Source: Podarcis vaucheri | Lineage: Eukaryota | Assembly: GCA_965113315.1 (NCBI GenBank) | Contig: OZ220377.1 | DNA: 64,000 bases | Reading direction: 5' to 3' (one strand) | In this document: positions 47,948 to 61,010 of the stretch, one piece after another | Layout of the letters: every line of letters starts with the position of its first letter | Numbering within the stretch: position 1 is the first letter of the stretch | The notes under the pieces: model-generated | The model's database searches: none | Seen by the model: only the letters and a program-made list of their open reading frames with translations | What the model was told of the DNA's origin: nothing | Position numbers and translations under genes: made by a program

Positions 47948-50900
47948 GTAAAAATCTATGCCCTTAGAATGTTGTTAAGTGATGCTGTTGGTGATAGATC
48001 AAATTCACAATAACACTTGTGTCGTGGCAGCAGCCACTAGATAATCTGGCATTCCCTCCTGCCATTGCCAATCAGACTCACAATAGGTCCTTACCGCTTA
48101 ATCACCTCAAGCAATTGCCCAATTATGAGAGCAGGCTGGGAGACATTAGTCCTGTTATGTGTTAGCAAGTCACCTGTCAGCGTGGTCTGCTGCTTAAATA
48201 AAAAATGTGAGCTCTTGCTCCAGTGTTAAGAATTGGGGACATATAGAAAACTTTGATTTAAAACCTTTTATGGCAATTTCTTTTGTAAAGCTATGAACTC
48301 TAGTGATAGAATTAAGACCAATCAGAGGCATACTAAAGAAAGAAAAGAAAAAAGAAGTTACAAGTCCTTCATCGGAGAACTAGTTTCTGGGTTCCCCTTG
48401 GAGAATTCTCAGCAACTTTGGAAAGCCAGAGAAGTTAAACTGGTATAAAGCCACAGTGTAGATATTCTCAATTTTGATGTCAGGTTGCTCTAAGTTGGCT
48501 AGGAAGGCATCTGGCCTAGGTTTCTTGACCTTGTTACCAATCTCATCCCACTTGCTTTTTATTCCCATCTTGTCTTTCACTTGACATTTTAACAACTTTC
48601 TGTTGCTTTCTTGTGTGACTAGTTGCAAAACAACAAAAAGTGGTATGTTCTCTTCTTGCCAGGGTGACTCCAAGACCTGCTGTAGGCTGAGCTGGTCACT
48701 CAGTTGCCTTTTTTGTAGCTCATTTTTGTCTTAACTTTATAACGCACACAAGTAAGCCAAGGAGGTGTTGGCTGACCATTGGAGGATAATGACATAACTC
48801 ATCTAATGGAGTCTAAGTTACTAATTCTTCTCCACACTTGAGCTTCTAATGGCGGTCCTTTTGTTTCAGATACGTTTTTTTCTTAAAATAGTATGAAAAG
48901 TACACTTGTCTTTCTATTACTATGTCTTGCGGTGGCTTCCATACAAGGAAGTAGCAGCGACCTAATGCAGTGAAAATCAGTGCCAGATTTAAAAAATCTT
49001 TGTTTAAATGCAGGTAATAGTGGCCTAGTTTGCACATATGTTAAGTCATGGCTTGTTAAACCATGATTTCTTGGCTTGTCTGATCCCCTGTCCAGCAGCT
49101 TAACTGTGGTTTGTTAATTGCCAAGAAACCACATATTGAAGCCATGGTTCGCTGGCTAAGTTTTGTTTTGACATTGCGTGCAAATCCAGTACCTTTCCTT
49201 AACCATGGTTTGTTCAGCCACTGCAACCTAGATGCTTGCCAAGCTACAAAGACAGAAGGCAAGCGTAGCTAGGGGAAAAAATCAAACTCTTGAGAAGGAA
49301 GCCATATTTTGTTAGATTGCCTGTGGAACAACTCTTGGTTTGTTAGCCAAACAAGGGTTTTGGGTTATGGGTGAAATAGGCCAGTATAATATATATGTGG
49401 TTTTTTTGTATGAATAGAAGCTACAGAACAACTCTTGGTTACAGGTCCACTTTGATATTTCTCCTTCCATCCACACTAACTTTTTCAGCTGTTGTTGAGC
49501 AGTGTACTTCCTTAAAGAAGATTACTGTAGTAGAAGTCTTGCAGATAATGATCATATGGCAATGTCCAGTTTTTATTAGGATTAATGAGTATATTGATAT
49601 CCTTATTATTTGGATTTTTGTGTTGTACACCAAAGAAATCTGGCAATTACAACAAACCATCCAGGTGTTCCTCTTGCGTTATTCTGCTTTCAGAGTTGAG
49701 ATTTTCAGGGCGAAGAATGATACAGCAGATTCCATAATTATAATTTCTGGGCCACTAGAACACACTCTGACACACACTAGTCTTGCCAAGCTTTCTTCTA
49801 ATTTCCCTTTGAAAAAGCTAAGACTTCTTGGGATGCTGAATCCTGAACACTAAATCCCATTCTTTCTAGTGAAAGATGTAGCAATATTTAATCTTATAAT
49901 CCTGTTCCTCCAATGGCAGCATGCACAGCTTCATGCTAATTTGGCTTCACAGATAAATTGAGAATGTAACTGGTTCAAGGTTATTACTCCATTTTATGAT
50001 TGACTAGGGATTTGAACGTGGGTTCCCCAATGCAAATCCAGGTTGCTTATGTATATGATCCTGGCATGCTCTTAATGCTTAATGCATAGAGTCTTCCTTA
50101 GGACCCAGAGTTTCCCTTCCTTCCCAGATAAAGGTGTGTTGAAGTGAACTCCAGTTCCTCAATAACTGACGTCATATTTTAGCCCCACTAAACACCTGCA
50201 TTTCTTTCTTGTGTTGCCATTTGCTCCTTCATCTTCCTCTGGTGCCTACGGTGGCTGCTGGCATCTTAATTGCATTGCCCTATTTTTTATGAACTGTGCA
50301 TGCACACAGAGCCAGGGAACTTGGGGATGGAGAGACTGTTAGAGTTGTAGCTGGGTGGGGACCGGTGGAATCCTGAACTCTCCATAGGGTGCAAAGACTG
50401 AACTGGGAGAGAAGCCCCCGCAACCTAGGAACAGGGATGGTTTGACAACTTGGTGGAAGCTGAGCCTGCAATTGCATGAATGGTCAACTTTCTTGGGCAA
50501 AAAGCAGAAGGCATTGGCCATTTCTTAAGGCAGTTTTAACCACTGATTTTTGGAAGACAGAGTTTTCAAACATGATGTAGACCGAGCATTTTTATACCTC
50601 AGAAGGCAAGAAAAGGGAATGTCAAGAAAAGAAACCATTCAAATAATTTTTGCCTGGTGTAACTAAAGGGCCGTGGAGGTAGCCTGAGAAAGGATGGCCA
50701 GAGTGCGAGTGGAAAGTACTTTAGCCTTAATTGATTCTGAATCACTTGCACAAAAGGAAAACAGTTGCATTCCATTGAGAAGTGGAACCCATTGGCTCTG
50801 CTGCAGAAACACCAGCCACAGCACAAAGCAGCCCAGTGCACAAACAGAAAGGTCTGACTTCAGGATGCATCCTGCCTTGGCTTCTTGGGACACAAGCCAG

Positions 50901-52158
50901 GATGTGCTCTCATCCCAGGGGTACCAGGAAGCCTGGATGCCCTACTTGTGCTTGCTTCTTTTTCTCTTGCACTGTTGAAGTCCCAAAATCTGCATTTTAA
51001 AGTCTGGGTGCTCCTTAACTCCTTTTCTCTTGTGATGGCAAGTCACGTTGGTGCACACTGAATTATTGGCACCTAGGTTCCAACAGTTATAAATGCAGGG
51101 CAGTATTGTGTATGCACAGTATCCTAAGGAATGTGATGGTCAGGACTGGAGTGCTGGCAGCTTCTGTATGCAATAGGTGGCAGATCAGGGCACGGTGAGA
51201 GGCTGTAGGTCAGTTGAAAAACCCCATGCTTCACAGGTGGCAGATGTCAGATTCAACTCATGGCATCTTATGTTTAAAAAATCTCAAATTTGCTGAGCTT
51301 GAAAAGTCCCCTGGTTCTCTGAAGACTTTGTATGCGGCTGCTAGTAAGAGTAGATAGTACTGGGATAGATTTTTGCCTCACAGTTTGAGAGCCTATGTTG
51401 CCTGGGAACACTTGGCTTTGGTTAGAAATTTTAAAGTTAGACATGACAGTTTCATGCTCGTGTGTAAATGCAGCCACCTCGGTTATACTAGAGAGTAGGG
51501 GGAAACTAGAGAAATGTCATTGAATGGCTTAATTGCAACACCTTTCCTCCACCTCCAATTTTGATTGCAGAAAGTCAACAGACACTGAGGCCAACTTCAG
51601 TCAAGCAAGGTAGGGTCAGATATATTTATATAGCTTGTATGGTAAGACCAGACCCTTGGGTCTCTTAGAATCTGATTCCCCAGATACAATTCCTCCACGT
51701 TTGTGGGTTACAAGGTGGCAGTTTCCAGACTCTGACAATAACACTAGCTGCCTGTCACTAAGAACTAAACACCCTGGGGAATTGTATAGGGGCTAGAACC
51801 CTGTCTACCCAACCACCTTTTGCCCCTGCCAGTCTTTTCTTAATCTCACCCTCCCTATTTGTGCAGTGTGAGGCCCACCTTTTGAAGGGTGGGGTACAGT
51901 CTGTCTGTTGTGCAGCAGAGCAATAGCATGGCACAACCAAGGCTTCACACAAGTTGCAACCTGAAAGAGATTCTGGCTATATGGCTTTGATGCACTAGCA
52001 AGTATGTGAACAACTTTATGCCTTGGCTTTATGCCTGGAGCTTGCCTAAGTTAAGGTTTCCAAGAGGAGCTAGCTGTTTGTTTTCATGCCATAACTAGAG
52101 GAGTTAGTCGCACATCCTTTTCTTTCCCCCCTATATGTGAGCATAAGTATTCTATGGC

Positions 52159-52177
52159 TAGCCAGCAGGTGGTGCTG
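52159..52177 (+). promoter_or_regulatory. Candidate CTCF site in intron 5
   Basis: TAGCCAGCAGGTGGTGCTG resembles the CTCF core motif; motif match only. Confidence 0.4.
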
Positions 52178-53227
52178 ATATACTAGAGGTATTTACCTCT
52201 ACCATGTACACTTCCTGCTTATTCTCCCCACACGGTTAGCCCCAAGGGTCCTTCTGGTGTACATTATAAGCCTAACTCTTTCTCAAAATTCTAAAGGAAA
52301 CACTGGTGTGTAACTTTTAGCCAACCTGAAAAGCTATGTGACCAGTGGGGTTTGATGCACACACCTTACTGACTGGGGTGTTGTAGTAATTTAGTAAGAA
52401 GTTACACTTACTAAATTATTCCGCCAACTGTGGTTTAAATTGATCTTAAGCAGGTAAATAGTGAAACCAGCTTTATGTATTGGTCCCTAATAATGACTTT
52501 TTAAAACCTTCACAGAATGTCAGTACAACTTTGAGAAGGCTATAGAGTACGTACCATTCGGTATGTACACTCTCCTCTACTTATAATGTTCCTCATGAGA
52601 GGATTTTCTGCTAATACTGTGCTGTTTTTATGAACAAATCCCCCTTTTATATTTTAAAAAACAACTTTCGAAGGAAATGTATTTAATTCAGATGAATTGC
52701 ATGATTGAAGTTAACCTAGGCTGTAGAATTAATTGTATTTAATGATCTTATTCCCAAATTGATGCTGTTTGAGGATACTTAACTGTTGCAGAGAGAGAAC
52801 AGAGAATTTGTTGACTGCCATTAGTTTTCTTTAAAAAAAAATCCAGTGGTTTTGCCAAATTACCAGGAAACCTGAGAATAGCTGCAGGTTGATGGTTAAT
52901 TTGTTGGCCTGCAAGCACTCTGTAGCCATTGGCTGAGCTGCTGTGAGTGAACTGTCAGCAATGAGGGACAGGAGCTGGAAGGGACCATGTGTTGCAGTGG
53001 GAAGGGATACTTAGAGATGGAGGGCTGGCTTTGCAAGAGTACAGGTATGAACCCACAAAAAAATGCAGTAAGGTTTATGTAATGGACTCGTCGTCCATTA
53101 TTTAATGGACCCTTCTAAGGACTGCCATGCCAGGGGTTCAAAGTCTTCTCTGGGGTGTCTTTTAATTTTAATGTTTAGGAAAAAAACAACCTTTGGTCTC
53201 TTTTTATATCTCTTTCTTGTTTTTTAG

Positions 53228-53655
53228 AAGCTGCTAACCTGTGCCAAACGTCCACTGCTGCCACTACGCCTGTGACTCTTTCTACTCCCTTCAATATAAC
53301 TTCCTCAGTGGCATCTGGGACCATCACCAACCCAGTCACAGTGGCTGCTGCAATGAACATGAGAAGCCCAGTCAATGTATCAAGCGCAGTTAACATCTCC
53401 AGCCCGATGAGCCTAGGCCACCCTGTCACCATTACCAGTCCGTTGTCTATGACCTCTCCGTTAACACTCACCACACCTGTTAATTTACCAACTTCAGTAA
53501 CTGCTCCAGTGAACATAGCACATCCGGTCACTATAACCTCACCCATGAACCTCCCGACGCCAATGACATTAGCTGGTCCATTAAATATAGCAATGAGGCC
53601 AGTGGAGAGCATGCCTTTCCTTCCCCAGGCATTGCCAACCTCTCCCCCATGGTAA
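53228..53655 (+). CDS. VEZF1: VEZF1 coding exon 6 (P/T/S-rich C-terminus ending ...ALPTSPPW*)
   Basis: Acceptor ttttttag|AAG; EAANLCQTSTAATTP...; TAA at 53653-53655; joined CDS is 1551 nt = 516 aa. Confidence 0.97.
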
Positions 53656-55700
53656 AAACAAGCAAACAAAAACTCACAGCAGTATTAAAAAGAGGAATGA
53701 AAAGCAAGTCCTTACCAGCAATTATATTTTTGTTTCGTTTGTTTTTGTTTCGTTTTAGTTAACAGCGGTAATGAAGCCAGGCTAATTCAGCTGGGGCAAA
53801 AATAATAATAATCATGCACCGTTTTTAAAAATGGAAAACTATTATAGTGTCTCTGTTTAGTTAGCTGGCTGTTGATCTATATTACTGGACCACATTTGTT
53901 TCCTTCAAGCTGGCAGTGATGTTGGAAGAGGAACAGATTGTAGTTGAACCCAGTCATTTTTTAAAAAAATAAATCAGCATTGCTGATAGCCCTGGAAATT
54001 GCGAATGAAGAAACAGTTTTAATCTAATGAAGAAACGGTTTTAACCTGAACACAAGAAGGCTTAAGAAAGGCCCTCCATATTATCATAGGATGGAGATGG
54101 ATCACTTGCCAGCTCTGTGTCCCTCTGATTCAGAACGTAGTGTTTGTAGTGTTGTTTTTTTAAGTAAATGCATTACATGGTCCTTTTTTTGTTTTGTTTA
54201 AGAAAATGCATTTTGAGTAATTATGCATTTTACCTTTTGGGAATATGATAATTTCAGGCCGAATTCCCTATGGGAAAAGTGATACCAGCTCTGATATGCA
54301 AAGCATATGGTAACTTATCATTCTACCTGCAACATATACATAACTAGGGATTGTGACCTGATATTTGGAGATGTAAATACTACGAGACATATTACCCTAA
54401 GGGAATATAACATCATATTCAACATTAAAAAGGAGGAAAAAAAACTGTTCAATGTTTGGCAAGGAACAGCTGTGGCTGGTGGAAGAGGATTTGAAACCTA
54501 CACAAGCATGGTCTCTGCTCAAAACCCAGTTGGGACTCTTTCGGAAGAGCAAATAATGGGCTTTGGAACACAGAAAAACAATGCTTTAAGCTAGAAGACT
54601 GTGGAGATGCTGGGGTATGATGTATGTATGCCCCCCATTCTCCCAATCAGAACCTGCTGGCTGTGTTGACAAAGGAGAGCAGGTGGTGTTCACTAGAAGT
54701 TTTTTGTCTTATATTATAAAATGATATACAGTTTTTATTCTAACCACTAACTAGTTAGGATGCCCCTTCAGGACAAGCCAAGTGTGCATCTTATTGTTTT
54801 GTGTTCTTTTCTTTTTTTAAAGCCCCTTTCTTCCCTTCTCCTTAATCAAGTGTTGTGCAGATCTCTTCAACTTTGTAAATATTTGCAGGAGAAACCCCCC
54901 CCCCCAATCATTTTTACTTTTAGTTAATTGTGTTAACCCATAGTTATCAATTTGTGGGGGGTTTCCCAGTAACTATCTGACCTATCCAGTGAAGGAGAAA
55001 TGCCCCTTTCCCCCACCCGATGGTCTCATTTTTTTTTTTTTTTAAAATACAGCTACACCTTTCTTTCAACTTTTTTTATCTGTACTTAAAAAGTAGGATG
55101 GAAAATCTAGGGAAGAGGTTACTTTTTTAGGCTATCATGTCACAAACATTTTTTAAGCTTCATTAAGACCTGTCCTATAAACAAGATGTTGTGAGAAATA
55201 ATTGGAGGAGCAGCCAGGTGGCTATTGATTGGAACCAGGGGCCTCACGACAAAGTGACTATCAATACTTTGATTTTAATGGGATGCAGGCAAGCCTGTGA
55301 GAGTCAAGCCCACTGGTGTGGTTTTTTTTTGTGTTAATACCCATCGTGTCGTTGTAAAAGCAACATATTCCGTACTTTTGAGGCATACGTCTGGGGTCAA
55401 GAGACGGATGCCCAGATTATGTGAAAACAATTCTAGGGGCTTGGACTACATAGTAAAAAAAAAGGGGGGGAATAATAGAACTTAGTGTAAAATAATTTTA
55501 TAAATGATCTTTTGTACCTTAGGACATCAAATTGTACAACTTTTGTATATATAAAAGCTTAGGAACTTCCTGTGTAGCAGAAAGAGAACACATTCCTACA
55601 CTTTTAATGTATATGTTTGTTATAATGTCATGTAAACATATGCCCCATGTTTGTGCCTTTTAATTAGTTTGTCTCAATAAACAGAAATGTAGAGACGTCG
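53656..55700 (+). other. VEZF1: VEZF1 3' UTR with polyadenylation signal AATAAA at 55676-55681
   Basis: TE-free AU-rich sequence; several TGTA elements upstream of the hexamer and GT-rich sequence downstream; cleavage site not directly visible. Confidence 0.7.
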
Positions 55701-57067
55701 TAGTTATGTGTGCATTGCCGTACAGTATTTGTATTTATGCACTGTTCCTTTTTCTATTTTTGTCAAGATCAGTGCATGAGGCAGCTTGCAAACCTTGCGA
55801 TCACTTGCAAAAGTGCATTGTTCCAGGGATGCATATGTGCTCATTTAAAGATTTTGATCTGTATGTCTTGCCTGTTCTATACAGAAGAGGTAACCATTGA
55901 TTGGAGCGAAACCATCAAAAAACCCTCTTCCATTAGTGGGAATGCCTCCCTGCCCTGGAAGAACTGTTTCCTGTTTTACAGAAGAATGAAAGACTACACA
56001 CAAGCTCTTTTCATGAACTCCCCCACCCAGCCACAAGTTTCCTTGCATCAACGTATGTTATTACTGTACTCCTGATGTATAGTGGCTCTGTGCAGAGGAG
56101 ATAAGTCATTCTCTGTTAGCTCTTGCACGATAATTCATGGAATGTTACCAATCCATTTTATCCTCCTTCACTCACAGTTCTTTGCACCCAATCCATTGTC
56201 TGGATATGTGATTTGGTAAGGTGGTGAATCAAACCACAGCTGCTTGCAGTTTGCTTAAACATAACACCCCATACATACATAGATGTAGAAAGGGGGAGGG
56301 CTCCAGAGTTGGCGATCACCCAGTAAGAACACTTGTGTAGGTGTTCCTGGTCAATGGTCCTGTCAAGAGCCTTTCCTACACATTGTAGGTAATGAATACA
56401 TATAGAAGGTTGTATATAAGGACCAACCAGGTTGATGTGTTGGTTTTAATGGATGAATTACGTATGGAATTCTGCAGCACCGTGCTCCTACAAACTTAAT
56501 GCATCCCAAATAGTTTGTGTGTATGTAACTCTTAAAGAGTTCACTGCCTGTGTTTTGCAAGCTCAAAGTAGTCATTCATCCACCTAGAAAGCAGGAAGCA
56601 TCCTCAGCAGGTAAGTTCTACTGCCACTGTTTCAGGTGTTTTTTTTATTGTAAACCACCTTGTGATCCACATATGAGTGGTGGTGTAGAAATTTAATTAA
56701 TAATAATAAAGTGGGCCACCCAGAGACAGTTCCTGTTTCCTGTTGCTCCAAACAGCAGTACTACAACAGATGGTTGGAAATTGCAGGTTGGGTGAGGCAA
56801 GGTTTTTTAAAATAATATTTCTTCTGTCCAGCTGGCTGTCAGGAGAGGGTCAGAGCTCTTTCCAGAAGTCTGAACTGATCTCTTGCAGAGGGCTTCCTTC
56901 CCATTCCATTGCTTCCTCTGTTTGGCTCCCCACACCTACATTAATTGAGCTGGCACACATCCAGCACTCTCATGTCACTTTAAACAGTCGTAGTTTCCCC
57001 CCAAAGTACCCTGGCATGTGGTTAGGTAAAGGTGCTGAGAGTTGCTAGGAAACCCCTATCACCCTTA

Positions 57068-57322
57068 TGAAGAAGAAGAAGAAGAAGAGTTTGGATTTGA
57101 TATCCCGCCTTTCACTCCCCTTCAGGAGTCTCAAAGCGGCTAACATTCTCCTTTCCCTTCCTCCCCCACAACAAACACTCTGTGAGGTGAGTGGGGCTGA
57201 GAGACTTCACAGAAGTGTGACTGGCCCAAGGTCACCCAGCAGCTGCATGTGGAGGAGCGCAGACACGAACCCGGTTTCCCAGATTACGTGACTACCGCTC
57301 TTAACCACTACACCACACTGGC
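57068..57322 (-). mobile_element. Squam3B-like SINE with (CTT)n tail
   Basis: Reverse complement of the 17535 element; (GAA)n at the left end. Confidence 0.88.
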
Positions 57323-57489
57323 ACACTGAGTTAGAATTTCCAGAGTTCCCTGAGAAGACAAATGGATAAACCATTCTGGGAATTGTATCTGTGAAGGAAG
57401 TCAGGGTTTCACAGCTACCGTACCATTGGCACCCTTAACCAGTTCTTTTGGAGAAGCTGTGACTTAATGGTACAAGTGTCCTTTAAATA

Positions 57490-57731
57490 CAGTGGTACTT
57501 CAGTTTACGGACTTAATCCATTCCGGTAGTCCATCCTTAAACCAAAACCGTTCTTAAACGGAGGAGCGCTTTCCCTAATGAGGCCTCCCGCCGCCAGTGC
57601 CCTTCCACTGTTTGGATTCTGTTCTTAGGCCAAGGTAAAGTTCTCAAACCAAGACAATATTTCCGGTTTTGCGGAGTTTGTAAACTAAATTGTTCTTAAA
57701 ACCAGACTGTTCTTAAACCGAGGTACCACTG
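57490..57731. mobile_element. Tigger-like MITE
   Basis: TA-CAGTGGTACTTC...GAGGTACCACTG-TA. Confidence 0.8.
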
Positions 57732-58324
57732 TATGTATGATATGGATGTATGTCTGACTGCCAACCTCATTCACCAGAGGAGCATTTTGAAATGTTTGTG
57801 GTCTTGTAGTCGTGACTTCCTTGGGTTACTGTTTTTGGGGGAAATGTAGGGGTGGAGGAAATCTCTTTGATAAGCTGGACCCAGGCCATTTTGGGGATTG
57901 TAGGTAATTACAGCCACCTTAAATTTAATCTGGGAGGCTCATTTTTTAAATTTTAAGTCTATGCAAAGACCTGATGCCTGTAGGCTTAATTAAAATACTG
58001 GTTGGTTGATAAACTTAAGTTTATTTTTTAAGCATTATTTACTGAAATGTGTGAAAGCTCAAGAAAATAATAAATATTTTGTGTCAAGACTGGATGCAGT
58101 TGGCTGTCATAGAGATGTATAACTTAGCAGTTGAGTGCCAGCAGGATTGGAGTCAAAAGTGGGTGTTCCTCTGAAACAGGAATCTGCTTACTCAAGATTT
58201 ATTATTTACAGACTTTATTAATTGCTTTATATTAGAAATACCAAACAGTGTATAAAAATTATTTTTTTAAAATTCTTTGCTTTTAGCAAACAAACTCCAT
58301 GAACAATTTTACCAAGCTTTTGGC

Positions 58325-59045
58325 TGTAATACTTGAAGCTAGTCGACCCAAAGCTAAGGCAAACTCTCACTGCAGTTTGGGCCTGTCACACCAAATTGGG
58401 TGAAGTCACACCAAAGTCATGTTTTGGTGTGCCATGTTTATTCAAATTGGCACCCTGCATGCAAACTTGGACGAAGAGCGCTGCCTCCACTTCGGGGACA
58501 CTCATGTTGAGTTTGGTGGTGATACAGTGAGAGGTGGACAAGCCTATCGCCAAAAATGAGTGAAGTCACCCCATAGTGTCAGTTCAGTCTTCCATCTTGA
58601 TTCAAAATGGTGTCTGCCATACCAGTATCGACTGCTGCCACGACCTCGGGAACTCTCCTGCTGAGTTTAGCGATGATAACCAGCATCAGGACCCACAGAG
58701 TGGACAGACCAAAGAACAAATGGCTTTCCAAAATAGATAGTACACAAGTGGGGAGTGCCTGATGCTGCCAGGCAATTCTTTAAAAAGCAAAAATATATTG
58801 TGATTTATAAATGGATAGTGTAATACGTGAGTTTGGACCCGGCAAGCCAATGTTACGAAGTTTTGCCAAAGTCATGTTTTGGTCCATCTTGATTCAAAAT
58901 GGTCTTGGCATCCAAACATCAGCAAAGATTGCCCCTGCCTCCTCAGGAACCCTTGTTCTGAGATGGTGATAGATTGAGTGGTGTCAGAACACATAGGAGG
59001 CAAACAGGACAGACAAGCAATAAACTTTCCCAAATACATAAGAGT
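58325..59045. repeat. Two tandem degenerate related repeats, possibly non-autonomous Helitron/Helentron-like
   Basis: Duplicated blocks CCAAAGTCATGTTTTGGT and TCCATCTTGATTCAAAATGGT; similar GGACAGAC...CTTTCC.AAATA.ATAG ends; family assignment uncertain. Confidence 0.4.
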
Positions 59046-60293
59046 CTCAAGTATGGAGCGGCTGGCTGGCTGGCTGACAGTCTGAACACGAGCACTTCTG
59101 TTATGGGATGAGGATACAGTGCAATGTTTTGTTTCAGGCCCGGCTCATCTGATCTAAAACTCTTGTCAATAGTCCTGTTGATGTCTAGTTTTTTTTAAAA
59201 TTCTGGGTTTTGTATTGTTAGCTGTGTTGTCAATTCACTTTACTACAGTTCTATCAAGCTCCATGCCTTCTCTCTGACCTACGCTTTGAAACAAGACTGG
59301 ATGATTAATATTTTAGCAATCATTTGCTGGCTGTACTTCAAAGCCAGCTTGAAATGATAAAAAGTCATTGGCGCTAGGCAAATAGCAGTGTTGGTTTTTA
59401 AAAAACAAAAAAACCCCTGCCTGATTGTAAAAGTGCACTTTGCCCTCCTCCCATTTATAATAAAATGGCTTGAAAGCCAGACAAAAATCCACAAATGCAA
59501 AACGTGGAATATTCTGCATGTCAGACAGAAAATGACATGCACAGCACTCCAGAGGATGGATCACTGGGTGAGTGAACATTTGAGTAATTATAGCTGGCCA
59601 CAGGCTAACCATGATTCATAGGAATAACTGTTCTTTAAAAAGAAAAACAAAGGAAGTACCTTTTGGGCATTTGACAGTCATATCCTAAAGATGAGTAATA
59701 GCTCTTTATTTCGGTTCCAGACTTCAGCTCCATTTCCCCCCATCATTAAAGTTGTGTTGATCCTGCAGACGATATAAATACAGTAACAGGCACTTGTTTT
59801 TTATTTTTTTATTTGGTCCGATTTATTTGTCTAGCAGTGCAATCCTGGGTATATGAGCCACTGTTTCACAGTGCTTAATCCCTAGTACAGGGTGGGGGTG
59901 GAGATTTCAGCCCAATTTCCCTAATGGGCACAAACCAATGGTGAGTGTGGCCCACTGGGACAGGTGGGCTGGAATGCAGGGAGGCCAACAGTAGGTGGAG
60001 TCAGAGCCAACGGCGGGTAGAGTTGGAGCCAGTGAATTTTGCCTCCACTCTCCTTGCCGAGTTCTCCAAAGGCAACACTGCTACTGAGGAGAAGTTGGCA
60101 CTGCCACCCCCTCGACTGGTTTGCAGCAGGTAGGCAGGTGAGGTCTGGCTGAGGGCACGCTGAGCTTGGCGGAACAGTGCCCCAATTTGCCCTGATGGAC
60201 CAGGTGGGGCACTGGATGTGATTGTTGCCCTTGTACAGTAGGCTACAGCCTAGCTACATACATGTACATCTCTCTCCAGACAAGCAAGAAGCA

Positions 60294-60540
60294 TGAAGAA
60301 TAAGAAGAGTTTGGATTTGATATGCCGCTTTATCACTACCCGAAGGAGTCTCAAAGCGGCTAACGTTCTCCTTTCCCTTCCTCCCCCACAACAAACACTC
60401 TGTGAGGTGAGTGGGGCTGAGAGACTTCAGAGAAGTATGACTAGCCCAAGGTCACCCAGCAGCTGCATGTGGAGGAGCGGGGAAGCAAACCCAGTTCACC
60501 AGATTACGAGTCTATTGCTCTTAACCACTACACCACACTG
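60294..60540 (-). mobile_element. Squam3B-like SINE
   Basis: High identity to the 57068 and 17535 copies. Confidence 0.88.
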
Positions 60541-60624
60541 AATGTAATTGAAGGACACAAATAAACCCAGAGGAGGAGGAGGAAGCTGACAACCAGTGCC
60601 ACCCCCTTGGCTGGTTTTAGTGTC

Positions 60625-61010
60625 TCAGCTTTGTCTATGCTGGCTTCGTCATGTCCACAGTATGGAAGATGGCAGAATCCCCAAGGACGTGGTCTATGGG
60701 CAGCTGGCTTTCAGCACCAGGCCAGTTGGCAGACCAACCGTGTTACAAAGATGTCTGCAGCTGGCACATGATGTGGCAGCTAGCAACACCAACTCTGCCA
60801 TCTGGGAATCCCTTGCAGACAACCACAGTGCCTGGAGATAGGCAGTCAGGTTGTGAGCAGAGGAGAAATGACTGCTGGGAGGAAGGCAGAGAGGGGAAAC
60901 GCCCTGGTGCATCTGCAGCAGCACAACTGGATGCCTTCATCTGCCCCAGCTGCAACAAAACATGTCTCTCCCGTATCAGTCTCTGCGACCACAGCGGGTG
61001 CTGCAACCTT
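60625..61010 (+). mobile_element. RTE-clade LINE 3' fragment
   Basis: WLRHVHSMEDGRIPKDVVYGQL...RPVGRP and C-terminal FICPSCNKTCLSRISL; frameshifted. Confidence 0.85.

Noticed and set aside
49030-49380. Repeated AACCATGGTT-like palindromes (also near 32260-32540)
   Set aside because: Most likely an old non-autonomous DNA transposon; termini could not be defined by eye
53175-53669. 164-aa antisense ORF over exon 6
   Set aside because: Shadow frame of a low-complexity P/T/S/V coding exon; no independent support
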